A stretch of 27,328 nt of DNA from Candidatus Hydrogenedentota bacterium (GTDB lineage: Bacteria; Hydrogenedentota; Hydrogenedentia; Hydrogenedentales; SLHB01): NCBI GenBank assembly GCA_029974275.1, contig JARKSN010000022.1:1-27328 (forward strand), in the 5' to 3' direction. The position numbers and the translations under genes were made by a program. The number at the start of each line of letters is the position of its first letter. Positions within the stretch are counted from its first letter, which is position 1. Below are positions 8,848 to 17,131 of the stretch, piece by piece. The notes beneath the pieces were generated by a model that saw nothing but the letters and a program-made list of their open reading frames with translations, did no database searches and was not told the origin of the DNA.

Positions 8848-8930
8848 GGAGACTGACACAAAACAAGAATCATTTGGCGCCACCGCCTCCATCCTGTCGC
8901 CCTTTTGCCATCCAGTCATTAGTCGTGCGC

Positions 8931-8959
8931 TTGACGATGCCCCAACAGAGCGCTAGACT
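8931..8959 (+). promoter_or_regulatory. sigma-70 promoter for the SGNH-TPR / NUDIX operon
   Basis: TTGACG-N17-TAGACT. It overlaps the ORF-track TTG start at 8959, which argues for a later start codon. Confidence 0.7.
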
Positions 8960-9003
8960 TGCCCGGTCAAGGCGTTGCCCCAAATGGGAAAGGCGGATGC
9001 AAA

Positions 9004-12000
9004 GTGGCCGATACATCCAGAAAAAAACCGAGTTCCACGAAGCATTTCTCCCCTTCGGCCTGGGGCGGGGGAGGATCGCGCCTGGCTGTCTTCTGGGTCA
9101 TTGCCGTGGCAGGATTGCCGTTGCTCCTCCTTGCCTGTTTGGAACTCTCCCTCCGAGCGGCAGGATATGGCTATCCCACCCGTTATTTTCTTGAAAAAAA
9201 GATGGATTCGCCGCACGGCGTCCAGAGGTATGCAGTCGCCAACCCCGCATACCTGCTTCGTTTCTTCCCGCCGCAGGTCGCCCGTCCGACGTTTCCATCG
9301 GTCTTTCCCGTCGCAAAGCCCCCCAACACCGTCCGTTGTTTTGTATTGGGAGAGTCATCGGCAATGGGCGAACCCAACGCCGATGCCGGGTTCTGGCGTT
9401 TTTTGCAGACGATGCTTGAGGCGCAAGCGCCGGAAAGGCACGTTGAGTTTATCAATTGCGCCCCCCCCGCAATCAACACCCATGTTTTGGCGGCCATGGC
9501 GCGTGAGTGCATCCGGTATTCTCCCGACCTATTCCTCGTTCTCGCAGGCAATAACGAGGTCATGGGCCCATTCGGGCCGTCAAGCGCCTTGGGCGGCCAT
9601 GTGCCGAGCATTCCGCTCATCCGGGCCGGTCTGTTGTGCCGGACGTTTCGCTTAGGTCAGTTTTTGGACAAGACGATATCGTTCGTCACGCGCGCCAAAC
9701 CATTCCCTTCCCATGGTTCAGAGAATCCCTTCCTGGGGCGGGAAATCGCGGCGACGGACTCGCGACTAAAAACTGTCCGCGCCGCCTTTCGCCGAAACAT
9801 GGACGATATCCTATCCACGGCGACGGAAAACGGCGTGCGCGTAGTCGTTTGCACCGTCCCGGTGAATCTTCGCGACTGCCCACCCTTCGCATCCATGCCC
9901 CGCCAGGACATGGACGCAGCCCAGCGGGACGAATGGTCCAGCCGCTTCAAAGAAGGCATTGCATTGGAAAAGGCTTCGAAACCCGCCGAAGCGATGCAGG
10001 CCTATTACGAGGCGGCGGCGATCGATGATTCGCACGCAGAACTCCAGTTCCATTTGGGGCGCCTCCATCTGGCCGCGGGCGACGCCGAAGAGGCCTATCG
10101 CCGGTTTGCCACAGCGCGCGATCTGGATGCAGTCCGCCTGAGAGCGGACGCAGCGTTGAACGATATCGTGCGCGATTTGGCGAAAATCTATTCCTCTAAC
10201 CTAGTCGCGCTCGCCGACGTAGAGGAAGAATTGAGACGCACAAGTCCCGACGGCATTCCTGGAAGCGATCTTTTCTACGATCACATCCACATGACCCCCT
10301 CTGGCAGTTATCGCGTCGCTCAAGCGATATTGCCCGTGGCGTCCAAGGCTCTTTCCGGAATCCTGCCCGATGACGTCGCCGCCGAACCACTCACCGAGGA
10401 ACAATGCTGCACGCGCCTGGCGATTACCGGATGGCATCGTCTTCGCGACATGCAAGCGATGATGGCCGCGTTATCCACGCCTCCGTTCACGGCGCAATGG
10501 AACCACGCCGCACGACTCGGCTCCCTGAAACGCGAGACGTCGCGCCTGCTACGGAGCCGAACCCAAACCGATTTGCTGCGCGATCTGCGTCAGGTGGAAC
10601 AGTTCCTTGCCGAAAAATCGGATCGGATATCCCAATGGGGGCGTCTTCAGGAAATGTATTTCGAGCTTGGGGATTACGCGAAATCGCTGGAAAGCGTCGA
10701 AGCCGCCCTTGCAAGAAACCCCCTCGAAACGAACCTTCGGGCCGCGTATGGCGTTTCATTGACCAACGTCCGGCGTGCCGAAGACGCCCTGAGACAATAC
10801 CGTCTTGTTCTCGACGCCACGCCCTCGGAATTGATTTTCGTGCGTAGCGCGGTGGGGGGGATGTTGGCGCGGGGACTCTGGACGTTGGGACGTTTGGACG
10901 CGGCAGAAACCCAATTTCGAGAACTCTTGGAGCGCGATCCGCGCAATACGCCTCTTCTGGAGGATCTCGGATCCCTTTATGGAGCGCGGGGCGATTGGGA
11001 CCGGGCCATCGAATGTTTTGACAAGGCGATTGAAAACAGATGGGAGGCCCCGACAGCCTGCATGGCGCTTGACCGAACCCTGATCGCGCGGGGCGATCCC
11101 GTCGCCCGGATCGAGCATTGGCGGCGATGGATCGAACGTTTTCCTGATCGCGTTTCCTTGCATCGGCAGTGCGCCATTGCGCTCGACATGCAGTTCGACC
11201 TCAAAGGCGCGACCGAGCAATGGCGCAAAGCGATCGCCCTTGACCCCACCGACGCAGGGTCCGTAGTGGACCTGGCCAACGTGTTGCGACGCGGCGGCGA
11301 TACGGAGAATGCGGCGCGGGAATACCGACACGCGATCGAAATGGACCCGTATTTCACCGCTGCCCGCAATGGATTGGCGGGGCTGCTCAACGCGCAGGGC
11401 GATCTCGAAGGCGCACTTGACGTGTTTCGCGACCCAATACGAAACAATCCGAACGATAGAAAGGCATACGAAGAGTTGGATGCGTTTTTGACCTATCGGG
11501 GGGAAGCGGACTTGAGGCTTCGCGAGTGCCGTGCGCTTGTGCGGGATTATCCGGACGTCGCGCAGGCGCATTTTATCTTGGCGCGAGCATTGGACGCCGC
11601 CAGCCTGCTGGACAGCGCCCTTCCCGAGTACCGGCAAGCCCTGACGCTAGACCCGGATGATCCCGACAAGAAAACGGATATGGGGTGGGCTCTGCAGCGC
11701 AAAGGCTACAAGGAAGAGGCGGCGGCGCTGTACGCGGAAATCCTGGCGCAGAATCCCTACCATGCGGCCGCCTTGAACAATCGAGGATTGCTCGCGTTCG
11801 ATCAGGGAAAACTCGACGACGCCCTGCCGGATTTCCGTGCGGCGCTCCGGCTGACGCCTCAATTCGAAGTCGCCGCCGAAAACATCGACCGGGTCTACCT
11901 TCGCCGAAAGGATACAGAAGGCCGTTTGCGCGAATGGAGATCCCTTGTCGAGCGCATGCCCGACAAGCCGTTGCCTCGTCATCGTTTAGGGCTAGCGCTC

Positions 12001-12159
12001 CAAGATGCCGGCGATTGGGCTGGCGCTTCCGCCGCATTCCAAGCGGTCTTGAGCGGAACGCCGGATTTCACCCCCTCAAGAAACGCGTTGGAAAAATTGA
12101 TGCGGGAACGTGGATCCCAGGGTTTCGATCGTGGGCTCGACGGTGCGGGGGGGGCATGA
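9004..12159 (+). CDS. Membrane-anchored SGNH/GDSL hydrolase-like domain plus extensive TPR repeats
   Basis: N-terminal TM (LLLLACLELSLR); SGNH blocks FVLGESSAMG, LAGNNE, FYDHIH; many TPRs (e.g. HAAALNNRGLL...ALPDFRAALRLTP). Start placed at GTG 9004 because of the promoter position; the start is uncertain. Confidence 0.82.
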   Translation: MADTSRKKPSSTKHFSPSAWGGGGSRLAVFWVIAVAGLPLLLLACLELSLRAAGYGYPTRYFLEKKMDSPHGVQRYAVANPAYLLRFFPPQVARPTFPSVFPVAKPPNTVRCFVLGESSAMGEPNADAGFWRFLQTMLEAQAPERHVEFINCAPPAINTHVLAAMARECIRYSPDLFLVLAGNNEVMGPFGPSSALGGHVPSIPLIRAGLLCRTFRLGQFLDKTISFVTRAKPFPSHGSENPFLGREIAATDSRLKTVRAAFRRNMDDILSTATENGVRVVVCTVPVNLRDCPPFASMPRQDMDAAQRDEWSSRFKEGIALEKASKPAEAMQAYYEAAAIDDSHAELQFHLGRLHLAAGDAEEAYRRFATARDLDAVRLRADAALNDIVRDLAKIYSSNLVALADVEEELRRTSPDGIPGSDLFYDHIHMTPSGSYRVAQAILPVASKALSGILPDDVAAEPLTEEQCCTRLAITGWHRLRDMQAMMAALSTPPFTAQWNHAARLGSLKRETSRLLRSRTQTDLLRDLRQVEQFLAEKSDRISQWGRLQEMYFELGDYAKSLESVEAALARNPLETNLRAAYGVSLTNVRRAEDALRQYRLVLDATPSELIFVRSAVGGMLARGLWTLGRLDAAETQFRELLERDPRNTPLLEDLGSLYGARGDWDRAIECFDKAIENRWEAPTACMALDRTLIARGDPVARIEHWRRWIERFPDRVSLHRQCAIALDMQFDLKGATEQWRKAIALDPTDAGSVVDLANVLRRGGDTENAAREYRHAIEMDPYFTAARNGLAGLLNAQGDLEGALDVFRDPIRNNPNDRKAYEELDAFLTYRGEADLRLRECRALVRDYPDVAQAHFILARALDAASLLDSALPEYRQALTLDPDDPDKKTDMGWALQRKGYKEEAAALYAEILAQNPYHAAALNNRGLLAFDQGKLDDALPDFRAALRLTPQFEVAAENIDRVYLRRKDTEGRLREWRSLVERMPDKPLPRHRLGLALQDAGDWAGASAAFQAVLSGTPDFTPSRNALEKLMRERGSQGFDRGLDGAGGA

Positions 12160-12554
12160 CCGCAAAGCCTTTCGCGCTAAGCGTAAAAGCGAGAATCCGC
12201 AATGAGGAAGGCAAGGTGCTTTTGGTCCGCCGTTCGAGACGGGCAAAGGGCAATCCGGGAAAATGGGAACTCCCTGGCGGCAAAGTGGACCCCAACGAGG
12301 ATATCGGGCGCGCCCTGGAGCGTGAGGTCGCGGAAGAATTGGGGATCGTCATTGAACCAATCCGCGTTGCGGGAGCCGCGCAATCGGAATTGCCGGATCG
12401 GGTGGTGGCATACCTCGTGTTTGACGCGCATGCGATAAGCGGCATTATCCGCCTGAGCGACGAACACAGCGAGGCCGCCTGGATGTCGGCCACGGAAGCG
12501 GGAAAAGCCGATGTCGTGCCGTATTGCCGCCCGTTTGTGTCAGAAAGCGCGTAG
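12156..12554 (+). CDS. NUDIX hydrolase (MutT-like)
   Basis: Nudix box WELPGGKVDPNEDIGRALEREVAEELG, LSDEH; ATGA overlap with the upstream stop. Confidence 0.9.
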   Translation: MTAKPFALSVKARIRNEEGKVLLVRRSRRAKGNPGKWELPGGKVDPNEDIGRALEREVAEELGIVIEPIRVAGAAQSELPDRVVAYLVFDAHAISGIIRLSDEHSEAAWMSATEAGKADVVPYCRPFVSESA

Positions 12555-13271
12555 TCACCACACGCGCCAATCATCGCGTCGCGAAGGCGTATCGGCGCTC
12601 AAGGCGGTCTTCGTCTTGGGGGGGCGGCCCCGTTTTTTGGGCGCAAACGCCCGCCCCAATATCGCTTCAAGTTCGTGCACAAAAGCCGGATCGCCGCACG
12701 GTCGCCCCGTCCGGGTGCACCGCTCAATGCCGCGAACCAGCGAGGCATCCTCCGTCATCAGCCATTCCGCATGCGGCGGACCAATGGAAAACGGCAACGG
12801 CGCAAGCGGCAACGGCCCATTTTCTTCCGCCTTTCCGCACCGCCAGGCGGCGCTCGACCACGGATACGCCGGCGCATGCGTCACGAGTCCTTCGCGCACG
12901 GCAAGACGTTCCACGTACCGCACGGCTTCCGAAGCGTGCCGCGAGTCCAAAGGGCATGAGCAGAAACGCCCCTGCCAAACGCGCCCCGCCAAACCCGTTG
13001 TTGCATTGAAATGCCGGGCATGGGCGGCGTGGACGACGCGCAGGGCATACGCTATTGCATCAGGACGCGGCGGTACAAGCACGAAATGCACGCGAGACTT
13101 CAAAATGCAATACGCCAACGTCGCTATTCCCGCCTCGTGAAATGCGCGGGCGATCGCGGTTGTGTAAAAGAGGCAGTCGTCAGGGCTGCGGAATACGTCC
13201 CCGTTCCCGCACGCGCGTTGCATCACGTGATGGGGCTCCCCTGCCGCAACGATTCGAGCTATACGTGCCAT
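12555..13271 (-). CDS. REP-associated tyrosine transposase-like protein (Y1_Tnp/RAYT family) with degenerate catalytic motifs
   Basis: MARIARIVAAGEPHHVMQR, AYCI, GRVWQGRF, RYVE, YPWSSA, TGRPCGD..F, KKRGRPPK match the family. The HUH motif reads SRVH instead of NHVH, and the usual NPVRAG reads LAVREG. Confidence 0.85.
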   Translation of the reverse strand: MARIARIVAAGEPHHVMQRACGNGDVFRSPDDCLFYTTAIARAFHEAGIATLAYCILKSRVHFVLVPPRPDAIAYALRVVHAAHARHFNATTGLAGRVWQGRFCSCPLDSRHASEAVRYVERLAVREGLVTHAPAYPWSSAAWRCGKAEENGPLPLAPLPFSIGPPHAEWLMTEDASLVRGIERCTRTGRPCGDPAFVHELEAILGRAFAPKKRGRPPKTKTALSADTPSRRDDWRVW

Positions 13272-13277
13272 GGGAGC

Positions 13278-13306
13278 ATGGTACCCAGCCGAGAAGGGAT
13301 ACGCAA
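13278..13306 (-). promoter_or_regulatory. sigma-70 promoter positioned for a leaderless transcript of the RAYT-like gene
   Basis: Minus strand TTGCGT-N17-TACCAT, then 6 nt (GCTCCC), then ATG; no SD sequence. Confidence 0.55.
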
Positions 13307-13348
13307 TAGGAAGCCCACGAGCGTCGCCACAAAAAACCGCCGTGGGGC

Positions 13349-13714
13349 CTAGGTCTGTTCCGGGCTTGAAGGCAAATCAGGGGGGGCTTTCTTCGCACGA
13401 GCATTGGCATTGGGCGATTTCGCGCGTCGTTGAGCGTCGCGCAACGCCGCCCGAAATGATTCGTCCCCCAAGGTCTGTCGGAACAGTTCGCGCTGTGCCG
13501 CCGCATACTGAAGGCGAATGTAGCGGAAATCCAGGATCGCGGTGACGACGGAGACGAAAAACAATGCCGCGATCGCCGTGCAAAACAGGGTAAACGTGAC
13601 GATAGAGTTCCGGAAAAAGCCAAAGTAGGCCCCGCTTCCGACAAGGAGAATAGCTCCCGCCGTTGAAGCAAGGCCCACTTTCCGCCATGTTGACTGTGCG
13701 ATAACCGGTTCCAA
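13349..13714 (-). CDS. Hypothetical two-TM membrane protein
   Basis: Two hydrophobic segments then LDFRYIRLQYAAAQRELFRQTL. Follows the Gly-zipper gene. Start (TTG 13714) uncertain. Confidence 0.6.
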   Translation of the reverse strand: MEPVIAQSTWRKVGLASTAGAILLVGSGAYFGFFRNSIVTFTLFCTAIAALFFVSVVTAILDFRYIRLQYAAAQRELFRQTLGDESFRAALRDAQRRAKSPNANARAKKAPPDLPSSPEQT

Positions 13715-13754
13715 GGCGCCCTGGGTCTCGATGACGCGGCACCGCCGCGTCGCT

Positions 13755-14141
13755 TTATTGCTGCGGGTCCGCCACCCACACGCGTTCCATGTAGGTCTCG
13801 CCCGATTCCGACTTGACTTGCCGCGTTTCGTAATGACCTTTGACGACTCCCTCGCTAGGCTCCGAGGACACGGATCCCGGAGTCTGGGCTTTCTTTTTCC
13901 GGTTTTCGTCAACGGCATCGCCCACGAGTGCGCCGGCAAGCGCTCCCGTCGCGCCGCCAATCAACGCGCCCTTGCCGCCATCATGGCTTCCCGAGTTATT
14001 GCCGATGATCGCGCCCAATCCCGCACCGGTGGCGCCCCCGATCATGGCTCCCTGTTGCGTGGGGGTCATCTGACATCCCGTTGCGGCGATTGCGAAAACG
14101 GCGCCAAGCGTCAGGAAAGAAAGTATCGTTCGGGTGTTCAT
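13755..14141 (-). CDS. Glycine-zipper lipoprotein (YMGG-like)
   Basis: Lipobox ATGC; GAMIGGATGAGLGAIIG and GALIGGATGALAGALVG zipper; C-terminal GHYETRQV...ERVWV; SD GAAGGGA. Confidence 0.85.
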   Translation of the reverse strand: MNTRTILSFLTLGAVFAIAATGCQMTPTQQGAMIGGATGAGLGAIIGNNSGSHDGGKGALIGGATGALAGALVGDAVDENRKKKAQTPGSVSSEPSEGVVKGHYETRQVKSESGETYMERVWVADPQQ

Positions 14142-14306
14142 GATTCGGTTTCCCTTCTCTTGCAAGACTTGTAACCTAAACAGGTTACCACATCATCCTC
14201 CGAATGTCACTTTCTCCTCGGAGGAACTGCCTGCCTTTCGACTCCGCCGTATCAGACGCGGTTTCACGTCGATTATTCACTACGTAGCAGAAACACCGCA
14301 AATAGA

Positions 14307-14336
14307 TTGCTTCTTCCAGCGCAACGGGGGTATAGT
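14307..14336 (+). promoter_or_regulatory. Possible sigma-70 promoter for the MEMO1 gene (and tyrS)
   Basis: TTGCTT-N18-TATAGT, 34 nt upstream of GTG 14371. Confidence 0.45.
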
Positions 14337-14370
14337 CGCTGCAGAGCCTCCCGCTACAGGAGAAGCCAAG

Positions 14371-15600
14371 GTGTCTCCAAAATCATTGCCCGCGTTGAGA
14401 AACGTCGAGGTGGTTCCGTTTGAACACGAGGGTGAGCGCCTTGTGTGCATGACTGATCCCGAGGGGATCATCGACGGTCAGCTTGTCTTGAGCCAATTGG
14501 CGTTCTTTGTGGCCAGTCTGCTCGATGGCGAGAGTTCGGTGTCCGACATCCAGCGCACGGCAAAGGAATTGCTCGATGGCCACGTCATCAAAGAGCAAGA
14601 CATCCGCCGCGTGGTCCAATATCTGGACGAGAGCGGCTTTCTCGTAACGAAAAATTATCTGACCATCCGCCAAGCGGTTATCGACGCCTATGTATCGGCG
14701 GACGCTCGCCCGGCGCATCTGGCCGGCAAGACCTACCCCGATGCCGCCGAGGAACTGCGGGAATATTTCGACGCCCTGTTCGATGGACGATGGAAAACGG
14801 CGGGAAAGGACGCTGTTGCTGCGCCTCCCCTGCGTTGTCTTATCGTTCCGCACATTGATTACGAACGCGGCGCGGAGGCCTACGCGACGGCGTATCGACT
14901 GCTCAGGCAGACGCCTGCGCCGACCACGGTCTTGGTGTTTGGCGTGGCCCACATGGGCCCCCCGGTTCCGTTCACGCTCACGCGCAAACACTTCGAAACG
15001 CCGCTCGGGACGTTGAAGACCGATAGCGCTGCGGTCGAGCGTTTGGCGGCGGCGTGTTCATGGGATCCTTTCGAGTACGAACTCATCCATCGCACCGAGC
15101 ATTCCATCGAATTGCAAGCCGTGTTGCTGGCGCATTTACTAGGGCCGGATGTGAATCTGGTTCCCGTTCTCTGTGGGGATTTTGAAGGCGAGAACGAACG
15201 CGGACACGCGCCGATCGACGCGAAAGTCGATCGTTTCCTCGACGAATGCCGTAAACTCGTAGCCGAAAGCGAGGGCAGGACGCTCGTGATCGCTGGGGCC
15301 GACTTGGCCCACGTAGGCAGGCGCTTTGGCGACGATTTCGAGATCGACGAGGACGTCATCCGGTCCATTGAGAAACGTGACCGCGAAGATTTGGCCCATG
15401 TCACTTCCTTGGACCCGCAAGGCTTTTACCGGTCTGTGATGAAAGACGTCAACGCCCGACGCGTCTGCGGCCTCAACTGCATCTATTCGGCGCTGCACGC
15501 CGTCGCCGGCATCGCCTCCACATCGGAGCTTGCCTACTACGGGAGCGCCCCTGATCCCGCTGGCGGAATCGTTTCCTTCGCCGACGTTGTGCTACACTGA
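14371..15600 (+). CDS. amrB: MEMO1 family / AmmeMemoRadiSam system protein B with an N-terminal wHTH (RRE/PqqD-like) extension
   Basis: SD AGGAGA before GTG 14371; RPAHLAGKTYP, IVPHIDY, GVAH, FETPLG, HRTEHSIELQ, GADLAHVG, VCG. Confidence 0.88.
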   Translation: MSPKSLPALRNVEVVPFEHEGERLVCMTDPEGIIDGQLVLSQLAFFVASLLDGESSVSDIQRTAKELLDGHVIKEQDIRRVVQYLDESGFLVTKNYLTIRQAVIDAYVSADARPAHLAGKTYPDAAEELREYFDALFDGRWKTAGKDAVAAPPLRCLIVPHIDYERGAEAYATAYRLLRQTPAPTTVLVFGVAHMGPPVPFTLTRKHFETPLGTLKTDSAAVERLAAACSWDPFEYELIHRTEHSIELQAVLLAHLLGPDVNLVPVLCGDFEGENERGHAPIDAKVDRFLDECRKLVAESEGRTLVIAGADLAHVGRRFGDDFEIDEDVIRSIEKRDREDLAHVTSLDPQGFYRSVMKDVNARRVCGLNCIYSALHAVAGIASTSELAYYGSAPDPAGGIVSFADVVLH

Positions 15601-15677
15601 TCTCTTCCGTCTGTGGAACCCACTGGTCTCCCTGCGGGACAACTGCACCCTGGGAAATGGTTGGCTGGAGAACCGAC

Positions 15678-16952
15678 ATGACGCTTTTCGAGGAATTCCG
15701 CTGGCGCGGCATGCTGAATCAGTTCACGCACCCGGAGTTGGAACAATTGCTGGAGAAAGAACCGCTGACGTTGTATTGCGGCTTCGATCCCACCGCAGAC
15801 AGCTTGCACATCGGCAGCCTGCTGCCCATCATGGCCTTGATGCATTTCCAGCGGCGCGGCCACAAGCCGATTGCGTTGGTCGGCGGCGCGACGGGTCTGA
15901 TCGGCGACCCTAGTTTCAAAGCGGCCGAGCGTTCGCTGCTGACCAAGGAGCAGGTCCAGATAAATCTCGACGGCATCCGCGCGCAACTCGAACGCTTCCT
16001 GAGCTTCGACGGCGCGAACGCGGCGGTCATGGTCAACAACGGCGATTGGTTGTGCCAGTTTCCGCTCGTTGATTTCCTGCGCGATGTCGGCAAGCACTTC
16101 TCGGTGAACGTGATGCTCTCGCGCGAGAGCGTGAAGCAGCGCCTGCATGATCGCGATCAGGGCATCTCGTACACGGAATTCTCCTACTCGCTGTTGCAGG
16201 CCTACGATTTCCTGCACTTGCACGACGCCCACGGCTGCCGTCTCCAGATCGGCGGCAGCGATCAATGGGGCAACATCGTCGCGGGCATGGATCTCACGCG
16301 CCGCCTGCGCCAAAGCGAGACCTTCGGCATGACCTTCCCCTTGATCACCAAGTCGGACGGCAGCAAATTCGGCAAATCGGAATCGGGCAACATCTGGATC
16401 GACGCCGCACGCACGTCGCCGTACAAGTTCTACCAGTTCTGGATCAACCAAGCCGATAACGACACGTCGCGCCTGTTGCGTTACTTCACGTTCATGTCGC
16501 CCGAGGAAATCGAAGCGCTCGATCGCGAGCTGACCGAGGCGCCGGAAAAACGCACGGCGCAGCGCCGCCTCGCCGAAGAGGTGACGCGCATGGTGCACGG
16601 CGAAGACGCCCTGCAAAACGCCATCCGCGCGTCGCAGGCAATGTTCGGGGGCGAGTTGACGGGGCTCGACGACGCCACGTTGGAAGACGTCTTCAGCGAA
16701 GTGCCGTCGGCGGAATTTCCGCGCGCGACGCTCTCCGGCGATCGTCTCTTGCTCGACGTGTTGATCGAGGCGGGCGTGTTCAAGAGCAAGGGCGAAGCGC
16801 GACGGCTCGTGCAAAACGGCGGCCTTTACCTGAACAACCTACGCATCGACGCGGAAGATACGCGCCTCACCGAACAATCTCTCTGCTCGAATCGCATGGC
16901 CGTTGTGCGAACCGGAAAGAAAAATTATCATTTGCTGAAATTTGGAGAGTAG
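15678..16952 (+). CDS. tyrS: Tyrosine--tRNA ligase
   Basis: YCGFDPTADSLHIGS, GGATGLIGDPS, SYTEFSYSLLQAYDF, QIGGSDQWGNI, KFGKS, C-terminal S4 domain; SD GGAGA. Confidence 0.98.
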   Translation: MTLFEEFRWRGMLNQFTHPELEQLLEKEPLTLYCGFDPTADSLHIGSLLPIMALMHFQRRGHKPIALVGGATGLIGDPSFKAAERSLLTKEQVQINLDGIRAQLERFLSFDGANAAVMVNNGDWLCQFPLVDFLRDVGKHFSVNVMLSRESVKQRLHDRDQGISYTEFSYSLLQAYDFLHLHDAHGCRLQIGGSDQWGNIVAGMDLTRRLRQSETFGMTFPLITKSDGSKFGKSESGNIWIDAARTSPYKFYQFWINQADNDTSRLLRYFTFMSPEEIEALDRELTEAPEKRTAQRRLAEEVTRMVHGEDALQNAIRASQAMFGGELTGLDDATLEDVFSEVPSAEFPRATLSGDRLLLDVLIEAGVFKSKGEARRLVQNGGLYLNNLRIDAEDTRLTEQSLCSNRMAVVRTGKKNYHLLKFGE

Positions 16953-16955
16953 AGA

Positions 16956-17111
16956 CTGGGGAACCCTTTTTGAAAAAAGGGTTCCCCAGACCCTTCCCAA
17001 AAACTTTTCACGGTTTGTACCTGTGTCTGATCATCAAGGAAGCGCGAAGCCGGTAAAAGTTTATGGAAAGGGGTGTGGGGAAAACCTCTTTCCAAAGAGG
17101 TTTTTCCCGCA
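16956..17111. repeat. Composite palindromic element (REP/REPIN- or MITE-like), full copy
   Basis: Hairpin A CTGGGGAACCCTTTTT-GA-AAAAAGGGTTCCCCAG, arm B ACCCTTCCCAAAAACTTTT, spacer containing AGCGCGAAGC, arm B' AAAAGTTTATGGAAAGGGG, hairpin A' GTGGGGAAAACCTCTTT-CC-AAAGAGGTTTTTCCCGC. Confidence 0.85.
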
Positions 17112-17131
17112 TATCCTGGAGGACTTAACGC

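Noticed and set aside
13311..13350. Imperfect inverted repeat upstream of the RAYT-like gene as its REP end
   Set aside because: No matching copy on the other flank or elsewhere in the window; equally explained as a terminator of the upstream membrane-protein gene.
15601..15677. T-box leader for tyrS
   Set aside because: Only 77 nt long and no T-box consensus (AAxxxGGTGGxACC).
15800..15825. TyrRS 'HIGS' instead of HIGH
   Set aside because: Variation at the last position of this motif is common in bacterial TyrRS, and all other motifs are intact.
15537..16814. 425-aa minus-strand ORF
   Set aside because: Shadow of tyrS.
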